Notes under the pieces: model-generated
Told to the model about the DNA's origin: nothing
Database searches by the model: none
What the model saw: the letters and a program-made list of their open reading frames with translations, nothing else
Source of the DNA: Camelus ferus
Taxonomy: Eukaryota
Assembly: GCF_009834535.1 (NCBI RefSeq)
Contig: NC_045696.1
Coordinates: 5,768,001-5,832,000 of the forward strand
DNA: 64,000 bases
Reading direction: 5' to 3'
Part shown: piece after piece, positions 61,636 to 64,000 of the stretch
How the letters are laid out: every line of letters begins with the position of its first letter
Numbering within the stretch: position 1 is the stretch's first letter
Made by a program: the position numbers and the translations under genes

Positions 61636-62510
61636 GAATACATTTAAATGTGCATAGACTTATGGCAGTACTGTGCAAACAACCGGTTTTATTTTGTGGA
61701 TTGTGCCTAAGCGCTTGACTTCCGAGTTGATCATGTATATACATAGATATATTGGCTGGCTGGTTCTGCTCTTCTTTCGGCGTTGCACTTCTTCTTTTTC
61801 GCTAAAATTTCTTCCTTAAGTGCGGTATCCGTTTCCATCCTGGGGTGCATATTTGTAACCTGAGGGTTGTATCATTGCCTTGTGAAACCTATTGTATGTA
61901 CCTCGTTGTTCTTGGCCTGCTGTCACATGTGCGTCAGTAGACGTTCTGAAATTCTCTGGGAAGCGAGGGCTTAACTCTGCACTTTAAAATCACTGACAGA
62001 TTTGTAAACTGATATGCAGTCATTTTCTGGTGGAGTATGCGGTCTGGCTTCATACTCTCTTATTTTGCACTTCCAGTAAGTTTTAGCACGGTATTTTCTA
62101 TCAAGTCTATGGACATAGTTGTTATGAACCACTGTTTTAAGACGCCAGGCCTGCTGGTCATTGTGGACACCACCAGGAGGGCTCAGATTCATGTGACGTC
62201 AAGGTGGGAGTGCTGCGTCAGTGGAGCAATGAAACCAAACTGTCAACGGGCTGTTTCATCTTTTATGGCAGAATTGCCTGGCAGCCAGTCAGTTGTGCGC
62301 TGCGAAGGCCTTGGGGAAGTGGTGCAGCAGAGCCGTCTGCGGGAAACACGCTGGCGGTGAAGGTGCTGGAAGGTTCCGCTCGTGTCAGCGGTGCTCGGGG
62401 CCTGGGCGCTCCGGGAACACGTGGGCTTGTTCCGAGTCTCCTAAATCATCTGTCCTGTAGAGTTTAAGTTAGCTTTCAGTGTTCAGAAACATTCTTTAAA
62501 GGGAAAATTT

Positions 62511-63522
62511 TTTTTTTTTATTGATTTATAATCATTTTACAATGTTGTGTCAAATTCCAGTGTTCAGCACAATTTTTCAGTTATTCATGGACATACACAT
62601 ACTCATTGTCACATTTTTTTCTCTGTGAGTTATCATAACATTTTGTGTATATTTCCCTGTGCTATACAGTGTAGTCTATTCTACAATTTTGAAATCCCAG
62701 TCTATCCCTTCCCACCCTCCACCCCCCTGGTAACCACAAGTCTGTATTCTCTGTCTGTGAGTCTATTTCTGTCCTTTATTTACGCTTTGTTTTTGTTTGT
62801 TTGTTTTTGTTTTTGTTTTTTAGATTCCACATATGAGCGATCTCATATGGTATTTTTCTTTCTCTTTCTGGCTTACTTCACTTAGAATGACATTCTCCAG
62901 GAGCATCCATGTTGCTGCAAATGGCATTATGTTGTCGGTTTTTATGGCTGAGTAGTATTCCATTGTATAAATATACCACATCTTCTTTATCCAGTCACCT
63001 GTTGATGGACATTTAGGCTGTTTCCATGTTTTGGCTATTGTAAATAGTGCTGCTATGAGCATTGGGGTGCAGGTGTCATCCTGAAGTAGATTTCCTTCTG
63101 GATACAAGCCCAGGAGTGGGATTCCTGGGTCATATGGTAAGTCTATTCCTAGTCTTTTGAAGAATCTCCACACTGTTTTCCATAGTGGCTGCACCAAACT
63201 GCATTCCCACCAGCAGTGTAGGAGGGTTCCCCTTTCTCCACAGCCTCTCCAGCATTTGTCATTTGTGGATTTTTGAATGACGGCCATCTGACTGGTGTGA
63301 GGTGATACCTCATTGTAGTTTTGATTTGCGTTTCTCTGATAATTAGTGATATTGAGCATTTTTTCATATGCTTTTTGATCATTTGTATGTCTTCCTTGGA
63401 GAATTGCTTGTTTAGGTCTTCTGCCCATTTTTGGATTGGGTTGTTTATTTTTTTCTTATTGAGTCGTATGAGCTGCTTATATATTCTGGAGATCAAGCCT
63501 TTGTCGGTTTCACTTGCAAAAA
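62511..63522 (-). mobile_element. Young 5'-truncated L1 with perfect 16-bp TSD tttaaagggaaaattt
   Basis: ORFs 62820..63428 and 63149..63496 are ORF2 C-terminal segments; TSD at 62495-62510 and 63523-63538; highly similar to the 30868-31849 copy. Confidence 0.94.
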
Positions 63523-64000
63523 TTTAAAGGGAAAATTTAAATAACTTTCTTTAACGTTTCCATTTCTTGCTCTGAACATGATGATTTGCGGGCGGGGTTG
63601 GAAGAGTGCTGTTTTCCTAGTGACCAAGTACCGTCCTCCTGGGTCACTGCGTAGTTTCTGTCCATTGAAAGTGTTGTTTGGGTAACCATGGGGAGTTCTC
63701 TCAAGTGCCCGCTGTGTGGACCCACAGTGTCTCGTGGGCCACAGCCTGGAGGTGGCGCAGGTGGCCGTGGCGCCAGCCAGGGTCGGGGGGAGCAGCGGCC
63801 AAGGTTAACCCGAGGAGAGGCTCCCGGGAAGGTGGCCGTTCAGCTACACTTGGCAGATGGGGGCTCCTAGTGGGTAGGGCTGTGCAGAGGGAGGCAACGT
63901 GAGCACGAAGTGGGCACGTTCCGGGCGCCTGGGGAGAGCGGCGTGAGTGTGGGTGGGAGTGGGGTGCAGAGGGAAGTGAGCTCACGTGGGAGGGGTGCGC

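Overview
Mammalian genomic DNA, very probably camelid, judging by the Vic-1-like tRNA-derived SINEs and the young L1 3' ends. The window holds two tandem + strand genes, recognised from memory of the human proteins rather than by a database search. The first is the 3' half of BRWD1: 21 coding exons from 2350 to 49698, covering the cryptic Tudor region, both bromodomains and the low-complexity C-terminus, with two alternative C-termini. The second is PSMG1 (PAC1/DSCR2): its CpG-island promoter and exons 1-6 (53200-60914), with the last exon outside the window. I traced every exon phase by hand, and all join in frame except BRWD1 exon 33161-33391. That exon has one extra G (GGG at 33324-33326), giving a frameshift and a premature TAG; this is either an assembly error or a loss-of-function allele. 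The most interesting structure is that the last three BRWD1 exons are serial duplicates. The distal last exon (49307 to about 50570) is a decayed copy of the whole proximal terminal exon, including about 700 nt of fossil coding sequence now in the 3'UTR. A further 185-nt UTR block with the same miRNA seed matches is kept in both alternative UTRs. The introns contain many L1, MaLR/ERV, MIR/L2, DNA-transposon and SINE insertions, several with clear target-site duplications (TSDs). One old L1 has a twin-priming inversion. There are no prokaryotic-type systems, CRISPR arrays, rRNA genes or true tRNA genes.
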